DNA of 59,342 bases, filler included, from Bipalium vagum (GCA_037834085.1; 3 parts of 3 records of this genome joined end to end with filler, not necessarily neighbours in it); one strand, 5' to 3'; positions 39,455 through 53,339 are shown, counted from the whole stretch's first letter. The notes: a model not told the origin generated them from the letters alone. Program-made: numbers and translations.

Positions 39455-40520
39455 TAGGGGCATTAATTTCGATCTGAAATTAAAATAAGCAATACCGTAA
39501 GTTATATGAGAAATAAAGACAAAAAATACTTTTTTTAAAAAATATCAAACTATCTAACGTGAGCTTATATAGATTTAGAAATGTTATTTGCTTAAATGAA
39601 CACTTTTAGAAGGCGCGATATGTGAATTGGTCTAAATTAAATTTCAGGCAGGCACTAATATTTTTATTTGATATGCGGAAATCAGTGGCTTGATCGTTGT
39701 CAAATTAAAAATTCTGTTTTACCAGATTTAAATCAGTTGTCTTCGATTTGGATAGTTAAGAAATACAACATAAGCCAAAGAAATTTGAAAATATTGAATT
39801 GCAAGATTTCTTAAATGACAACTTAGTTAAAACACCGAAAAATTTGACTATGTCACTAAAAATATTTAGATCAATTATTCTGACATTACTGCAAACGCTA
39901 GTAAAAATTCAAATGGAGAGAAAATGAGTCCCTCATAATTTGAATGAAAGTGCAATCGTTTAAAAGTATTTATATTTTATATTATATTTTCCAGACCGAT
40001 AAAAGGATTTGTTTAGTGAATTGTTACCGGTGGACTTTTCATAATCATAAACGAAAGAAATCGTGGAAAATGTAATCATTGCAAAGTGCAATAACTATGA
40101 TTAGAAAGTTATACCTTTTATTTGGTGGGATTTAGAAGATGTATTCTATCATGAAATCTTGGAATTGAAGGAAATATTTGCAAGGAACGATTAAACATAA
40201 ACTTAAAAGATTAAAGAATGAATTGATTATAACAAGACCTACATTAGACACAAAGTCATTATTTTGCATGACAATGCTGGACCACATGTAGTTTTCTTCA
40301 ATAGTCAAGCAAATCATGTTAGGCCTACAATGGAAAAATCTTCATTCTCTCCAGAAAAACTCCAACAGATCTTCATTTATTTAGTGTAATAGCATATTCT
40401 CTGGAAGATATGCAATTCAATTCGTACGAAGGTGTTCGGAATTAAGGTTTTTAATTGAATTCATTCTAAAGAAAAATCATTTTATCGCCGATAAATATCC
40501 AGATTTATATGAAAATGTCC
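39455..40520 (+). mobile_element. Decayed mariner
   Basis: RK*VPHNLNE, IVTG, ILHDNAGPH, DLHLF motifs, with many stops and frameshifts. Confidence 0.75.
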
Positions 40521-40574
40521 TTTTTAAAATTACTTAGATTGATTTCAATTTTTTTATTTGTCTTAAATAAATAT

Positions 40575-41500
40575 TAAATTGTCCAATAAGTAGTTCTAGT
40601 TTTTTTAATTAAACTTTATTTACAATATTTATTAAAAACAAAACTTTATAAATAAATATATTCCTCATTATGTTCGATAACTTTTGCCAACGTTCTCTTA
40701 ATTGAGTGAATCCGTGATAGTAGACTTCTAGAGACTGGCTACTGAAGAAGATATCAAGATCAGTGAGATTATTGTGAATTTTGTATGGCCTATCTTTTAA
40801 ATGATGTTGCAGCAGTGCACTTGATAAATGGAAATCTATTGGTGCAAGGTTGGGACTAAAGGTCGGATACGAAAAGACTTCGACATCCAATTCTTCTATT
40901 TTGCCCTAGTCAGTTGTGCGCAATGAGAGTAGGGGTTATCATGCAACGATAGGATTCGATCGGCTTTGGATTTAGACTGCTACCATTTCACTTAATTTTT
41001 CACGATAGACTTAATTAGTAACCATCGTATCAACAGAAAGTAGCTCAAGATAAACTATTCTCTTCGAATCCCACAAGCCGACACCAACAGTATCATCCTT
41101 TTGAATCGTTTTTCATTTTGCCGTACTCAACACATTGTTTTTTCCTACAGAATTATCTTATCCAAAAATGTTTTCATCTCCAGTGATAATTTGATGGATT
41201 CAAGAAAAGATCCGTTGGCAAAAGACCAATGAGATCGATATGGCACATTTTAAGTTTTGTTCATCTATCAGTTCGTGAGGTATAACTTGACAAACTGGCC
41301 TTTTTCATGAGTTTCTCAGATCCTTGCAATTGTAGATTTGATGGCATCACTAAGATCTATAGGAAGTCCAAGCTTTTGTTTTTCTGAAAGATTGAAATCA
41401 TTTTACTCATTGCCATGACCCATCATATTGCATAACTTTCATAAAATATACACGTTCACCTCGCATATTGATTTCCTTTTAATATTCCCACCACAAGTTA
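40575..41500 (-). mobile_element. Decayed mariner, tail-to-tail with the previous copy
   Basis: ORF 40609-40890 YPTFSPNLAPIDFHL...GFTQLRERWQKL; ILSLHDNP; IITGDE; PHELIDE. Confidence 0.85.
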
Positions 41501-41619
41501 AAATATCTTAAACAAAAATAATCAATATCGATTAGACAAATACAACGATCAATTATTAAATCAAACCATTTGCAAAAATATCGCAAATAGCAAAATATAG
41601 AATAATATAAAATAATAAA

Positions 41620-42060
41620 ATTACTTTTGGGACAACATAAAATTAAGTTCTTTGAAAGTATAAATTTAATGCGATATTCAAAAAATAGTTTTTGGGTTTG
41701 CGAGGTTTTTTAAAAACAAAAGACATGAAACCATATGAAAACATATTTTTTTAAAATTATGAATTGTTCTGTGTTATCATAGACCTGTTGCCATTATTCA
41801 GTAGGCATATAAATTTCTGGTTCATCAAAACCACTGAGTATATCTACAAAAAATCTGCAACAGACAAGATTCGACATCAGACAGAACGTCATCGTTGACA
41901 TCTAGTGGGATGTCATATCACTGTTAATCTTTGAGTGAAAAATCATCCCATCGGAATTTCTTAAACCAATTCCGACATTGACGTTCTTTTAATGTATCCT
42001 AGTCATACACTTCACTTAATATTATTTGAACAATGGTTATTTTTTTAAAATACAGTTGAA
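41620..42060 (-). mobile_element. mariner N-terminal fragment
   Basis: Minus DTLKERQCRNWFKKFR..DFSLKD. Confidence 0.65.
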
Positions 42061-43726
42061 TTAAAGGTAAATTGGTTTTATGTACAGTCGACAATTACTT
42101 GCCAACCAAAATTTTGTTGCTCTTTTTTTACAAGTGGAACATTTAAAAAAATATTTGAAATCATTTAATAATTGATTAAGTTGTGAGATTGTAAATGCCT
42201 TCATTGAATATTTTTATTTTATCATAAATTTTATTTATTTATTTATACGATGATATGTTTACAACCTTGGTTATGGTATATGTACATATGGTATTATGTA
42301 CATACATAATTGTGTAGTTTAATTTTTCTTCGATAACTGAATCTCATTTGAAAGACTGAAAAATATGAAAGTTAAGGAATATAAGAAAAATAAATAAAAT
42401 AATAATTTTATGCAAATCACATGCAATTATGCTCGTTTATTGGTGTTAAGTTATTCTCGTATTTAATATATGTATCTATAACCAATATAGTAAATCAGTT
42501 TAAAACATATTTACTTATATTTATTTTTTATTAAATATTAATATATTAATATACTTAATTATTAATTTATAAAATAAGAGTTCTATATTTTAAATTAAAA
42601 AATCTGTAATAAATATAAATAAATAAATAATATAATTATTTAAATAATTATTATTTTATATTTTAAAATCCAATTTTCCCCATAAAAACCAATGGTAAAT
42701 TAAAAGATTCTAATTTCAGCGAATGCAATTTACGTAATTAGATTCACTTAACACTGAAATTAATTTTTAATAATAAAAATTTGGCTTAAAAAATTTTAAA
42801 AAATTACAGAATAAAATTATTGTTCTTTTTTAATGTATATTACTTGAACATTACTTTTATTAGTAGTGGTAAGAATAATAATTTAATAATTCAAAAGACC
42901 AATTTAAACAAAATAACATACATCGTAATTTTACTACTAATAATAAATTTATGTACAATTAAGGACCCAAGCGTATTCCCCAGTTTTATTTCGGAGACTA
43001 TTTAGGCTCTTCCTAAGGCCTACAAACCTGAAAAAATGACAAATATTTGTCTGGGAGATTTTTTTGTTATAATGCAGCTCAAATTTTCATTGTTCTAATT
43101 GATAAAAAAGTTCATTAATTTTTCATAATATAAAATGCCAATAGCGTAAAACACGATATCTTGAACACAGCTACCCAGTAATTCTTGAAAAAATAAATGA
43201 TGTGGAACAAGAGTATGGATGGTTGCACAGTATTTATGGGTTCCTCGTTAGACAAGAAAAACCAAAATAATGAGATAAATGTAAATCAAGCGAATCTCGT
43301 TATGGTTTTCTCATCTGAGCTCAGCCATCCTTTGGTGATAGACCGTTAAGATAAGATAATGCTTTTCCCATAATCATTATTATTCTGACTACTTTGATTT
43401 TCAAACCGTAATCCAAAGAAGCATTAATTACACAGCTGTGTTACTGTAGGCGTTGGCTGTTACTCGAAAATCATTTCTATATTATTTATAATATTTTTAA
43501 TTAAGTATAATTATATTATATTACCAAAGTTTTGTTTTATTCATTGAAAAATACCTTTCCTTTTCCAAACAAACAATAAATTTTTTAAAATTATAATTTA
43601 AAATTTTATATTTTCATTTTATTTATTTACGAAATTTAAACAAATAATTCTCTTCCGGTAGTGTCATATTCAAAAATAAATGCTTAAATGCTTTAATTTT
43701 TTTTTGAAATTTTTATATAATTTCAG

Positions 43727-43896
43727 GAAATATTCTTATTATATTTGTCGTCCTGCGACTCCCGTCATTGAGGAGGTCGTATACAAATTTTTTCTTGGTC
43801 AATATGGCTCTGGCAGACCTTGGAGTGGTGGTATGGTGCGTCAATCTTACAGCTATACAATATGTTGATGCTGAGCTGCTCTGGGTAGTGGGACCT
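43727..43896 (+). CDS. Internal exon of a class A (rhodopsin-family) GPCR, neuropeptide-receptor-like (end of TM1, TM2, ECL1)
   Basis: tttcag| ... |gtaagc. Translation GNILIIFVVLRLPSLRRSYTNFFLVNMALADLGVVVWCVNLTAIQYVDAELLWVVGP has GN(1.50), TNxFLxNxAxAD(2.50) and the ECL1 WxxG. The ORF track shows a different frame. Confidence 0.88.
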
Positions 43897-44602
43897 GTAA
43901 GCGTTTCATGATTTTAGAATTTGTGAATAAAAAATTTATTAAAAGAAAAAAAATTCTCACCAGAAAAAAGAGTGAAGAACTAATTAATGATTTTTATGAA
44001 TTTATTATTTTTATTATTATTTTCAATATAGTTAAGTCAAATTTATGTTAAATTTTTAAACAATGGTTTGGGCAAGAATGTGAAAAAATAATTTTTAAAA
44101 TCAGAAATTTCATTTTAAAATTGCTATTTTTAAACTTTTTATTGGTTCACTGCAATTAGAAATAAACAATTCATTGCGTTTATATTGCAGGGACATCAAT
44201 AATCGATAATTTCACCTTGTTGAGTCATTTTGTAAGGAATGAAATTCATACAGTTCTCCGTCCAGTTGGAGAAAAGGTTTTCAATGAGGTTTTCGTAGAA
44301 AGAATAATTTGGAAGAACATTAATCTATGACTTGAATCTTCAAAGTTCGACTTTACTTTTTTCATTATTTTTGTGTGCCCAATCAAGACTGATTGACCAA
44401 TTAATTCCATGGTTTCGTTTGGAACATTCATCTGTAAAGAATTATACGATTGTCATGTAAATGGAAAATATTTATACTTGTATAAATTGTATAGTGAAAA
44501 ATGTATCTTAAATATTAAAAAAATAATAATCCAAGATAAATCCGGTTAATAAAAATTTCCGAAATAACCAAGATGTATCTGAATTCTACGAAAACCTCAA
44601 AA

Positions 44603-45731
44603 TATTTAGGTCAATGTCAAATTTTTCATTCTTTTTGAACAATCCGTACAACTGGAAAAAAATAGATAATGTGAATCTCCAGGCCAAAGTAAAATTTCTA
44701 AGCTTGGTGATGAGAATAAACAATTCGAGAAAACCTTGGATTTTTTTTCCAGTACCTTTTTATGACTTTGTTCAATACTTATATCCCTCTGATTCATGGG
44801 TGTGAAGGCTGACTAATTTCGCTTTTTTCTTAAAATGTTTTTAATTTATTGAGCATTTTAATTAATAATAATATTTGAAGATGAAGGATTGGCACAATTA
44901 ATACCCGAAGACCCATGTCAAACGCAAACCGAACTGTTCATTATGTTAAATGTGAGCCAAGGATGCATTTTCAACGTCTGAGAAACATGGAAATCATTAG
45001 AAAATTAGGGAAATGGGTCCCACATATATTGACGGAAAGAGATTTTGAAAGGTGACTTACAATTTGTGATGTTCATCTTCAGAGGCAACAAAGAAAATGT
45101 TACTTGCATAGTATTGTGAAAGGAGGCAACCCAAACACACAAGGCATTTTTGGTAAAGCCTGGCTAACCGACTACATCAACGCCCAAACAGAATAACTAT
45201 GTGTCTAAAGTGATGCTTGTTGGATTAAATAGGTATTATTTACTTTGAACTGTTGAAATCATCAGAAATGATGATTGGTGAACGTTATTGATTCCAATTA
45301 ACTCGTTTGAAGTGAGATCTGAATGAGAAAAGGTCATAATGGTCGAATAGACATGATAAAATAATTTTACTACACGAAAAGACCAAATCGCGAGTTCATT
45401 CTATTTTAAATAATTACTTAGAAGGTACAAATTGAGAAGTCTTACATCACCGCCATATTCACCAATAATCCTCCTTCCAACTTCCATTTGTTCTGCTTGA
45501 TGCAATCTGCGCTTTCTGAGAAGGAGCTCAGTTCTGATGAAGACCTTCCAAAATGGATAGATAGCTGGATTTCTGCTAAAGAATCTGAATTTTTATTTGT
45601 GAAATCCATTTTTTGACTAAGAGATTGTCCAATGCCATATCTGTAAATGAAAAATATTTTGATTACGTTTTTTTAAATAAAAAATTGTCTTTTATTAAAA
45701 CACAGTCGGAATCATACTAATACACCTAAAT
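44603..45731 (+). mobile_element. Near full-length decayed mariner
   Basis: EDPCQTQTEL, GKWVPHIL, GIIYFELLK, HDKIILLHE, PPYSP, FHLF. Right TIR ...taatacacctaaata. Confidence 0.85.
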
Positions 45732-46199
45732 ATTTATAAAAAGTATTTTAATAATAATTCACAAGAAAAAGAGGCATCTAAATCAGGAAAATATGAATAA
45801 TTAATTTTAGTTAAAAGCACTCCATTAAAACACACAAATACCACTTGAACAAAATCCATCAGACATTTATGAAAAAAGGGATTTGAAATGGAATTTTAGA
45901 GAAACAAATGCTTGGAGCTGTCTTCGAACGATTTAGTGTCATTTCGAACTCACAAACTTTGCCAAATTCCGTAGACCAAGTCCAAGGAAAACTTAATAAA
46001 TATTATGAATAAATTTCAGATTCTCTTCCAATTACGAAATTTATGGCGAAAATAAAACTTCCATATCAAATTTCGGTCGACGATGGCTTTCGTGTAATTT
46101 TAATGCCAAAATATTTACATAAATAAAATTCCAACTGTAAGTATAATTAAGAAAAGATGGAAAACTGTCGGGGTCTTCAGCCCTTTTACAGCATTGATC

Positions 46200-47145
46200 G
46201 TTGCAATAAATATCTTGTCAAAATATTTTAATTAATATTTCAATTTCCGAATGGTTCTTATTTTTTATTGTCCACATCAATAATGGTTTTTCGGCGTTAT
46301 AAATTGCAGATATCTTTCTCACCTTGATATTGATTGTTAGGTCGTCAATTTTTGTTTGAAATCATCGGAAATTATGACTGAATACGAAGTTATGCCTCAG
46401 AAAAGAGTAAAGGATTACAAGTGAGCTAGAGGAATGTCTTATCGTAAGAAATTGTGAAGCTGATTGGTTAGGAAGTTTTTTCGAAATACAATAAAAAAAT
46501 ATTGTAATATTTCTGCACAAATTATGAGAAGACAACATTGTAAAAATGGACTATGTAGATAAACAACGGCACAGAAACCGAAACTAAATCAAAGATTAAA
46601 AGATCGAAGAAGTGAGTGGGCACTCATTCACTTACACTGGATATTAGGTGATTAGTCTTGTAATACCTTTATTAATGATAATTAATGAAGCATTAATATG
46701 TGCGCCGGTGTGTAGGAGAACTGCATAATGATAAATGTGTGTTTACTCGTGTGAATTGAATCTGATGCACTTGTATGATTTTGGGTGCTTTCTCTGTGAC
46801 AATACATCGTAAAACTGGTCCACTGCCATTTATACACAAACTCTTACTAAATGGAGTTCACTTTCTACAGACCAATGTTTCTGCAGATGCCTCCAGATTA
46901 ACAAACACGATTTTGGAGGACTATGGTAACAATGTCTTTCCATGTTTTAGTGTTATGAGCCTAGATATGAGCCAATTGAAAAGTATATGGCGATATCGAA
47001 TGCATTCTGAAACGAAATTTTTAGCTGCCAACTGACAGTGACCAGTTATTCTCTACGTTGAAAGAAATATGGAATACGCATCACGCAATACCACCATATT
47101 TTGATTGAATCCATGACGGCCGTGTTAAGAGTTTGTATTAATGTA
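46200..47145 (+). mobile_element. Decayed Tc1-family transposon
   Basis: KPKLNQRLKDRRSEWALIHLHW..GD*S, MILGAFS, IEKyW-like segment, LIESM. Boundaries approximate. Confidence 0.65.
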
Positions 47146-48329
47146 TTTTTTGTATTAATGTATTATATATTTATTAGTCAATATTTTAATTAAATATATT
47201 ATTATTACTATATTTGTATTTTATATTACTATTATGCTTATATTATTATATATTATTTCTTTCCTATTGAATATTTTAAACAAACCAGTCCAGTAAGAAA
47301 ATATCATCCTTTGACGAATTAAATTTTTATTAATAATTTTTTTTATAATATTTCTTTTTTTATTATTTTTTAAAATATTAAATGTTTTAAAATTAAAATA
47401 TTAAAACAAAAATTTATAAAATATTATAATATTTAAACACTATTTTTATTGATTATTTTTTTTATTATATGATCACTATTGTTTTCCAATATCAATCATT
47501 ATTTATTTATTATTTTAATTATTTAATTAGAAATGATAACTTAAAAATTTTTAATTATGTTGAAAATTTTATTTAACATACAAAATATTTTATTAGTTGA
47601 TTTTTAAATTAATTTCTTTAAGATATTCCCGTTAAAAAAAATTATAATTTATAACTATTTCATACAAATGGAAATATGAACATAATTAATTATTCATAAC
47701 TTAATAAACATTTCGCATTACTTAATAAATAATAAAAGAAATTAAATTTGAAAGTAATCTTTCGGTTTTTAATAATATTTAAGTATATCATGTTTAGAAA
47801 TATTTTTAAGCAATAAAATAAAATATTAAATATTCAGAAATGGTAAATATTCGCTATTTTTGCAATAAATAATTAAATAAATAAACTTTGAAATAATATT
47901 TAGATATTAGTTCTTTCTGATAATTTCATTTTATTGAGGAAGTGGTAAAGTAACAATAATAACATATTATAACACATATTATTGATAATTATATTATTTC
48001 CATATTATTATAACATAATATATATTTCTACAAGTATATTATTTATATTTTTTATCTTGTGAACATCATAAATTTATTTTTTATATAGAACTATTATCAG
48101 TTCATCATTAGTCATTCACATTTAAAACAACACACTTTAATTATCTAAACGCCAGTCTAATTTTTAATTTAAATATTTTGTAAAATTCTGAATGGTAGAA
48201 ATTATTATTTTTAATTAAAAAAAATTTTGAAAAATTAATTAATCTGAGAAAACATTGAATATCTACTGGCTTTTATTTTCTCCAGTTTAAATAGCTATTG
48301 TTTTTTGATTTTAATTTCAGGTGTATCTG

Positions 48330-49150
48330 AAAAAGATAAAATGATTTTATGATAGATTATTGGTTAATATAAGAAAAGTGTAACTAAAATTCGTAACGGT
48401 CTAAAATTTATTCAAAGCATTCAATGTAAGAAAACCTATGTTCGAGTTATATTCCTTCAATCGTGAAAGATAACTAAGTCTAAGGAAGGAAGTACCCATC
48501 GTAAGGAAGGCTAAAATCTCAATTCCGAAAGTAGTCAGAAGGGTCTGGAGTATTCAAGGAGATCACGAAGGTTATCAATCTTCGAAGAACTACACCAAAG
48601 ATACAAAAATGGACTAAACTATGATTTTTGCCATCATTTACGAACTGGTGTGATGAAAATATGCCTGCAGTTTCAAATGATATATGTACATTGGTTCAAA
48701 ATGTTTTCATTTAAATGAACTTTCACATGTTTGTTAAAACAATATTCAAAAGTTAAATGACTTTGGGAACAGTATAATTACAACAATCACTATTATGAAC
48801 CAGTCGGTTTATTCTCCAGAATTAAACGTTAATGATATCGGATTTTTTCATTCTAGTATACCATGCCTAAAAACAGTATGCAGCAACATGGATGAATTGT
48901 GGATTGTGCTATTAATACAAGCCGAATTTTGATCTACAAGGAAGTACTTACTTCTTTCTTCACCACAGGATCTTGTACCATCAACCAGATTATTACTTCC
49001 AGACGAGCGGCTGTAAATATTAAACATGAATGATTTCTAATAAATGTTACAAATCAATATATATAATTTCTGATCTATTTGGGGAATATAACTTTTCTTT
49101 CTTATTTACTGTGAAATAAAAAATCCACTGTCATGATTTGGAGGTACTAA
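48330..49150 (+). mobile_element. DD39D-type (plant-mariner-like) transposon relic
   Basis: NQSVYSPELNVNDIGFFHS at about 48797-48855 matches QPPNSPDLNVLDLGFF. Terminus ...tttggaggtacTA. Confidence 0.55.
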
Positions 49151-49416
49151 TATAATATAATATCTCAAAATAAAAATACAGCTCATTAATAATAAAAGAA
49201 TAAGATGAAAAAAAAACAAAACAGTTGTTTAGAGTTACAAAAAGACCTTAACCTCAAACCATTCATGATTTATCTGATTTTACGTCAATCATAAATAATC
49301 AATACCAAAATGAAAATTGAAAAATCTTACATATTGAATATAAATAAAATAAAATAAGGAAATATTTTTTCTTAATCATTACATCTTGAGCATAATTCAT
49401 TATTGTCCTGTCTTAC

Positions 49417-49802
49417 AATAATAATTTCCGGTTAGATCCACGTAAAGTAAAGCCTGAATCGAAAATATAAAAATTCCATATTCCTTCTTTTGCAAATTCA
49501 TCTTTATTTCCTAAAACAATTTCCAAAAATGTTATCCGAATATTATCAACAAAAATGTACAAAGCTGTTTTAGTTATTTGTTATTAATTATTGATTAATT
49601 AAAAAATATGTATGAAAATCATTAAAAGCCATTCGTATATTTTATCTCCACCTTGTGTTTGATTCTCCCTCGTTTTGCTTGAAGACTTTGAACAAGCCTG
49701 CCAATTTGGAGCAGATATGTGTATAGAACATGAATTGTAAGGGAAATTAACTTTTAACTTTGCAATACGTCCCATATCTCTGGTAAATATTTGCTTTTCT
49801 TC
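49417..49802 (-). CDS. Two putative phase-compatible exons of an unidentified gene
   Basis: Exons 49802-49652 and 49510-49417 with AG/GT ends give EEKQIFTRDMGRIAKLKVNFPYNSCSIHISAPNWQACSK...QG/NKDEFAKEGIWNFYIFDSGFTLRGSNRKLL. No homology recognised. Confidence 0.3.
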
Positions 49803-50030
49803 CTAATTCAGGAAAAGACAGAAATCTTTCCGGAGGTCACATAATCTTTTTCCTAAATTTTAAAATGCTCCACAACACATACCATCTTCTAATGAATTTT
49901 TGTATTCATTTTCAGATTATTTATTTATATTAGACTATTCATTTATAAAAAGCTTTATTTATTTGTTAATAATAATATGGAGTCAAAACTAATGCTTTAA
50001 TATTAACAATGACGATAATATTAATGTTGA

Positions 50031-50061
<31 letters not shown>

Positions 50062-50413
50062 TTATAATATTATTTATTTAATTTTATATTTTCCTTTTGT
50101 GGAAAATAATTTCTTTCTTTCACGAGTAATACCATACATTTCTAACTTTATGAAATTTAATATAATAATAATATATTATATAATAGTAATAAGATAAACC
50201 CTTCTAAGTCCTAATAATATAATAATCTCATATCCCTTCCATATGAGCGAATTATGTTGATCATTAAACATCTGCACATCCCATAAAATCCTTCCTAATC
50301 ACTAATCATTATTAGTTTTGATATTATTATTAATAATATTGTTTTTATTTATAATATTATTATTCTAATATATATAATAATTAATATTATAAATGTACTG
50401 ATTATGATACAAG

Positions 50414-50414
<1 letters not shown>

Positions 50415-50463
<49 letters not shown>
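50415..50463. repeat. (TTA)n microsatellite
   Basis: About 16 units. Confidence 0.9.
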
Positions 50464-50469
50464 CTTGCA

Positions 50470-51169
50470 ATCCCTGTCTTTTAAAGCTTGAAATTGAAAA
50501 TTGTAAGATATCAAATGGTTGGATTGATAAGTTTAAAAAAGACATGTTTTAAAATACAAATTTACATAGGGTAAAACCGGGAATATCGATTTTGAGAAAA
50601 TTAATTTAAGTTGAAATAACAGAAATTCTAAAAATTATGTCCTGCACAATATTTATAATATGGATGACTCTGGCCTTGTGCATAATGAGCTTCTCTCAAA
50701 AACGCTTTCACACAAAAATGTTAATGGTATTGAAAATAGCAAAATCAAAATCACTATTGTATTTTGCTGCGATGTTGATGGCAGTGACAAAAGAAAATTA
50801 ATGATTATCGGAAAATCAAAGCAACACAGATGTTTCAAAATTTGTAACCCATAAAGCGAATTCAAAAGTATGGATGACCAGTAAAGATCTGAATGATTGA
50901 TTTATGGAGTTTAATGATGGCATGAAAATCTAAAACAGGAGTAAAAATTATCCTCAAATTGGATAATGCTTTTAATAATAAATTGTTAAGTTAGGTTTTT
51001 TCCTTTATAATTTTCTGATTTTTTACAACTTAAATTTTTATTTTATGAACTTGTTTTGGTGTTGAATAGTACCCACTCAGTACTTATTCCAGTGTTGCAT
51101 AATCTAGCAGCCCCGTTATAAGGATTTTTTCGAATTGACTGATGGCTCCCTTTTAACAGGGGTTGATTG
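50470..51169 (+). mobile_element. pogo/Tigger transposase relic with right TIR
   Basis: SNGWIDKFKK (CENP-B HTH), IYNMDDSGL, KITIVFCCDVDGSDKRKLMIIGKSKQHRCFK. End ccccgttataagg...ttaacaggggttgattg|TA, related to the 11238-11923 TIR. Confidence 0.85.
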
Positions 51170-51448
51170 TATTCTGATCATAAGTGTAATTAATAAGTGT
51201 AAGTTTTTATCATCAAAATATTATATTGGTCACCATTAATAGATTTAATTCAATGATATTATTTTCAAAGAACATTTTTTAATTTTCAAAAATTAAATTA
51301 TCCCATCACGTGATTTTCAATTAGCGTTTTGAAGATTTATTGATTATTACTATTTATATAAGATTTTCCTTTAAAGTTCTATCTTACTTCTCTTAACTGA
51401 TTTTAAAAATTATTAATTTGTTTTATTTTTATTTTAAAAGTAATTTTT

Positions 51449-51449
51449 A

Positions 51450-51494
<45 letters not shown>
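51449..51494. repeat. (ATT)n microsatellite
   Basis: Visible directly. Confidence 0.9.
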
Positions 51495-51495
<1 letters not shown>

Positions 51496-52199
51496 ATTTA
51501 TATAGCTCATTCTTATAAAATTAAAATAATTATAGTACGAAACTTTCCATATAAAATTTGTTATTTAAATATTTCAAATCCGAATAAATTGTCCTGAAAT
51601 TATATAATTGCTTATTATGGTACAGAAATAGCAATTTCAACAATTAAAATGTTTTCCAAATTTTCCAGGTTTTGGACTCTAATACAAATCGAAAATATGT
51701 GAAATTGTTAAAAATCCAAATAATATATTTCTTTGAATTTAAAAATGTTTCCTAACACTGTTACATTTCCTTAAAATCTGATATGGATTTGTTTTATTTA
51801 AAATATTTAGCAATACGAAGATTGGCCATTCATATTGCACTTTTAACCCAATCTTTAAATTCAAATAAATGCTTCGGGATTGGTTTGAGGGAACGAACAA
51901 GGATACAAAGTCCTACATACATTTCTTTATTTTGTTTAATAGACGAATTGTACTTAAGGAAATTTAAAATACCATGAAATATAAGAATAAAATGAAAAAC
52001 CGGTAATATCTTTTATTTCATGAATCAAATAAGACATTAGAATAAAAGTAATGAGGAATCGAATTACAATTGAAAAATTTAGTTAAATTAAATGTAACAT
52101 TTGTAAATCTTTTTTTTCTATTGAAATTGTACTAATAATATTATTTTTTTAAATTAAGAGTGATAATAAAAACATTTTATAATATACCATTTTTGTAAC

Positions 52200-53060
52200 A
52201 TGTATTTTTACCGAAATGACTAACAAGTCACTTTTTGGACCGATAGATTAAAGCAATTTTTTTAACTGAGTTGATCAAAAGAAACAAGAGTCCAAATTTT
52301 GTTTGGACCTACAATAAAAACCAATGTCAATAATAACAAGAAAGTTAAAATTGAAAACCAACAATTATATTTTTATTAACAAATTCACAGTTTTTTCAAA
52401 GCTATTATCATATTGAAGAAAATCAATACTGAGGTGATTATATGCTTCATGCATAGCTTTCAGCCTTTCTTTGATATTGTTGTTACAGCTTTCAACGTTC
52501 TGGGTTTGAATATTTCAGTCATAATCAACAACCTGATATTTATAACAAATCGATTCATGTATACATGTTTTGTTTCAGTCACGATATATTCTAATTTTTG
52601 TTTCAAACTTCTCAGGCTTGTAGCTGCAATTACAAAGGCCCAAGCATTGCTTAGATGTGTCCCTTGGTCGATGAACTTTAGGTTTAACATAGTTTCTTCA
52701 ATGTGAACTATTTTATTTGGACCACCTAACAAGATAGGAATTTCATCAAAATATATTTTTATATTCTCTATTAGTTTGGCTCGAGGTTAAGTTCACCAAA
52801 TTTAATCTCCAGTCGTTATGTTTATGATTTCACCGTACTGGTTGCAAATATTGAATTATAATTTAATATGTGCAATACAATAATTATTGTGTAAAATTAT
52901 CCAAAAAGGTAAAAATTTATGAATGTATGAAAAATGACCTGCTCATCACCCAATGTGTATAATTTGACCTACAATGTTGCAATATGTCAAAAAAGCTCAT
53001 TATCCCAAATCTTAACTAAGATTAATAAATATTTAAAATTTATTAAAAAGGTCGCAACAT
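52200..53060 (-). mobile_element. Second Merlin/ISXO2 transposase relic
   Basis: LLGGPNKIVHIEETMLN (LGGPGxxVxIDE), HESICYKYQVVD, QTQNVESCNNNIK. Boundaries approximate. Confidence 0.8.
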
Positions 53061-53339
53061 CTTTTCGTAAAATATTTTTGTTCTATTGTTCCTAATATAA
53101 AATATTTAATATTCATTTATCTAACGATATTTCTGTGATTATTTTCTGCACAAATGTTATGAAAATAAATTCAATAAAATTTTAGCAATATACATTCAGC
53201 AACTTAATGGAAAAACACAATAGGAATTCCCATCCTGTTTCAAACAGTCTTAACCTTTCTCAAACAAATGTTTTGTCTCAGCTATCTCTTTCTCTGACTC
53301 TCTCTAAGGGTCTTGTCTTTTCGAATCTGTTAATGGATA

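Noticed and set aside
43680-43868. 62-aa ORF from the track
   Set aside because: Wrong frame; the real coding frame is the GPCR exon.
49803-49900. In-frame TAG suggesting readthrough or a variant genetic code
   Set aside because: The TAG is more simply a splice acceptor, and the well-supported exons show no in-frame stops.
50009-50197. Hydrophobic low-complexity ORFs (also 9504-9752, 28425-28616, 58681-58905)
   Set aside because: AT-rich or microsatellite-derived chance ORFs.
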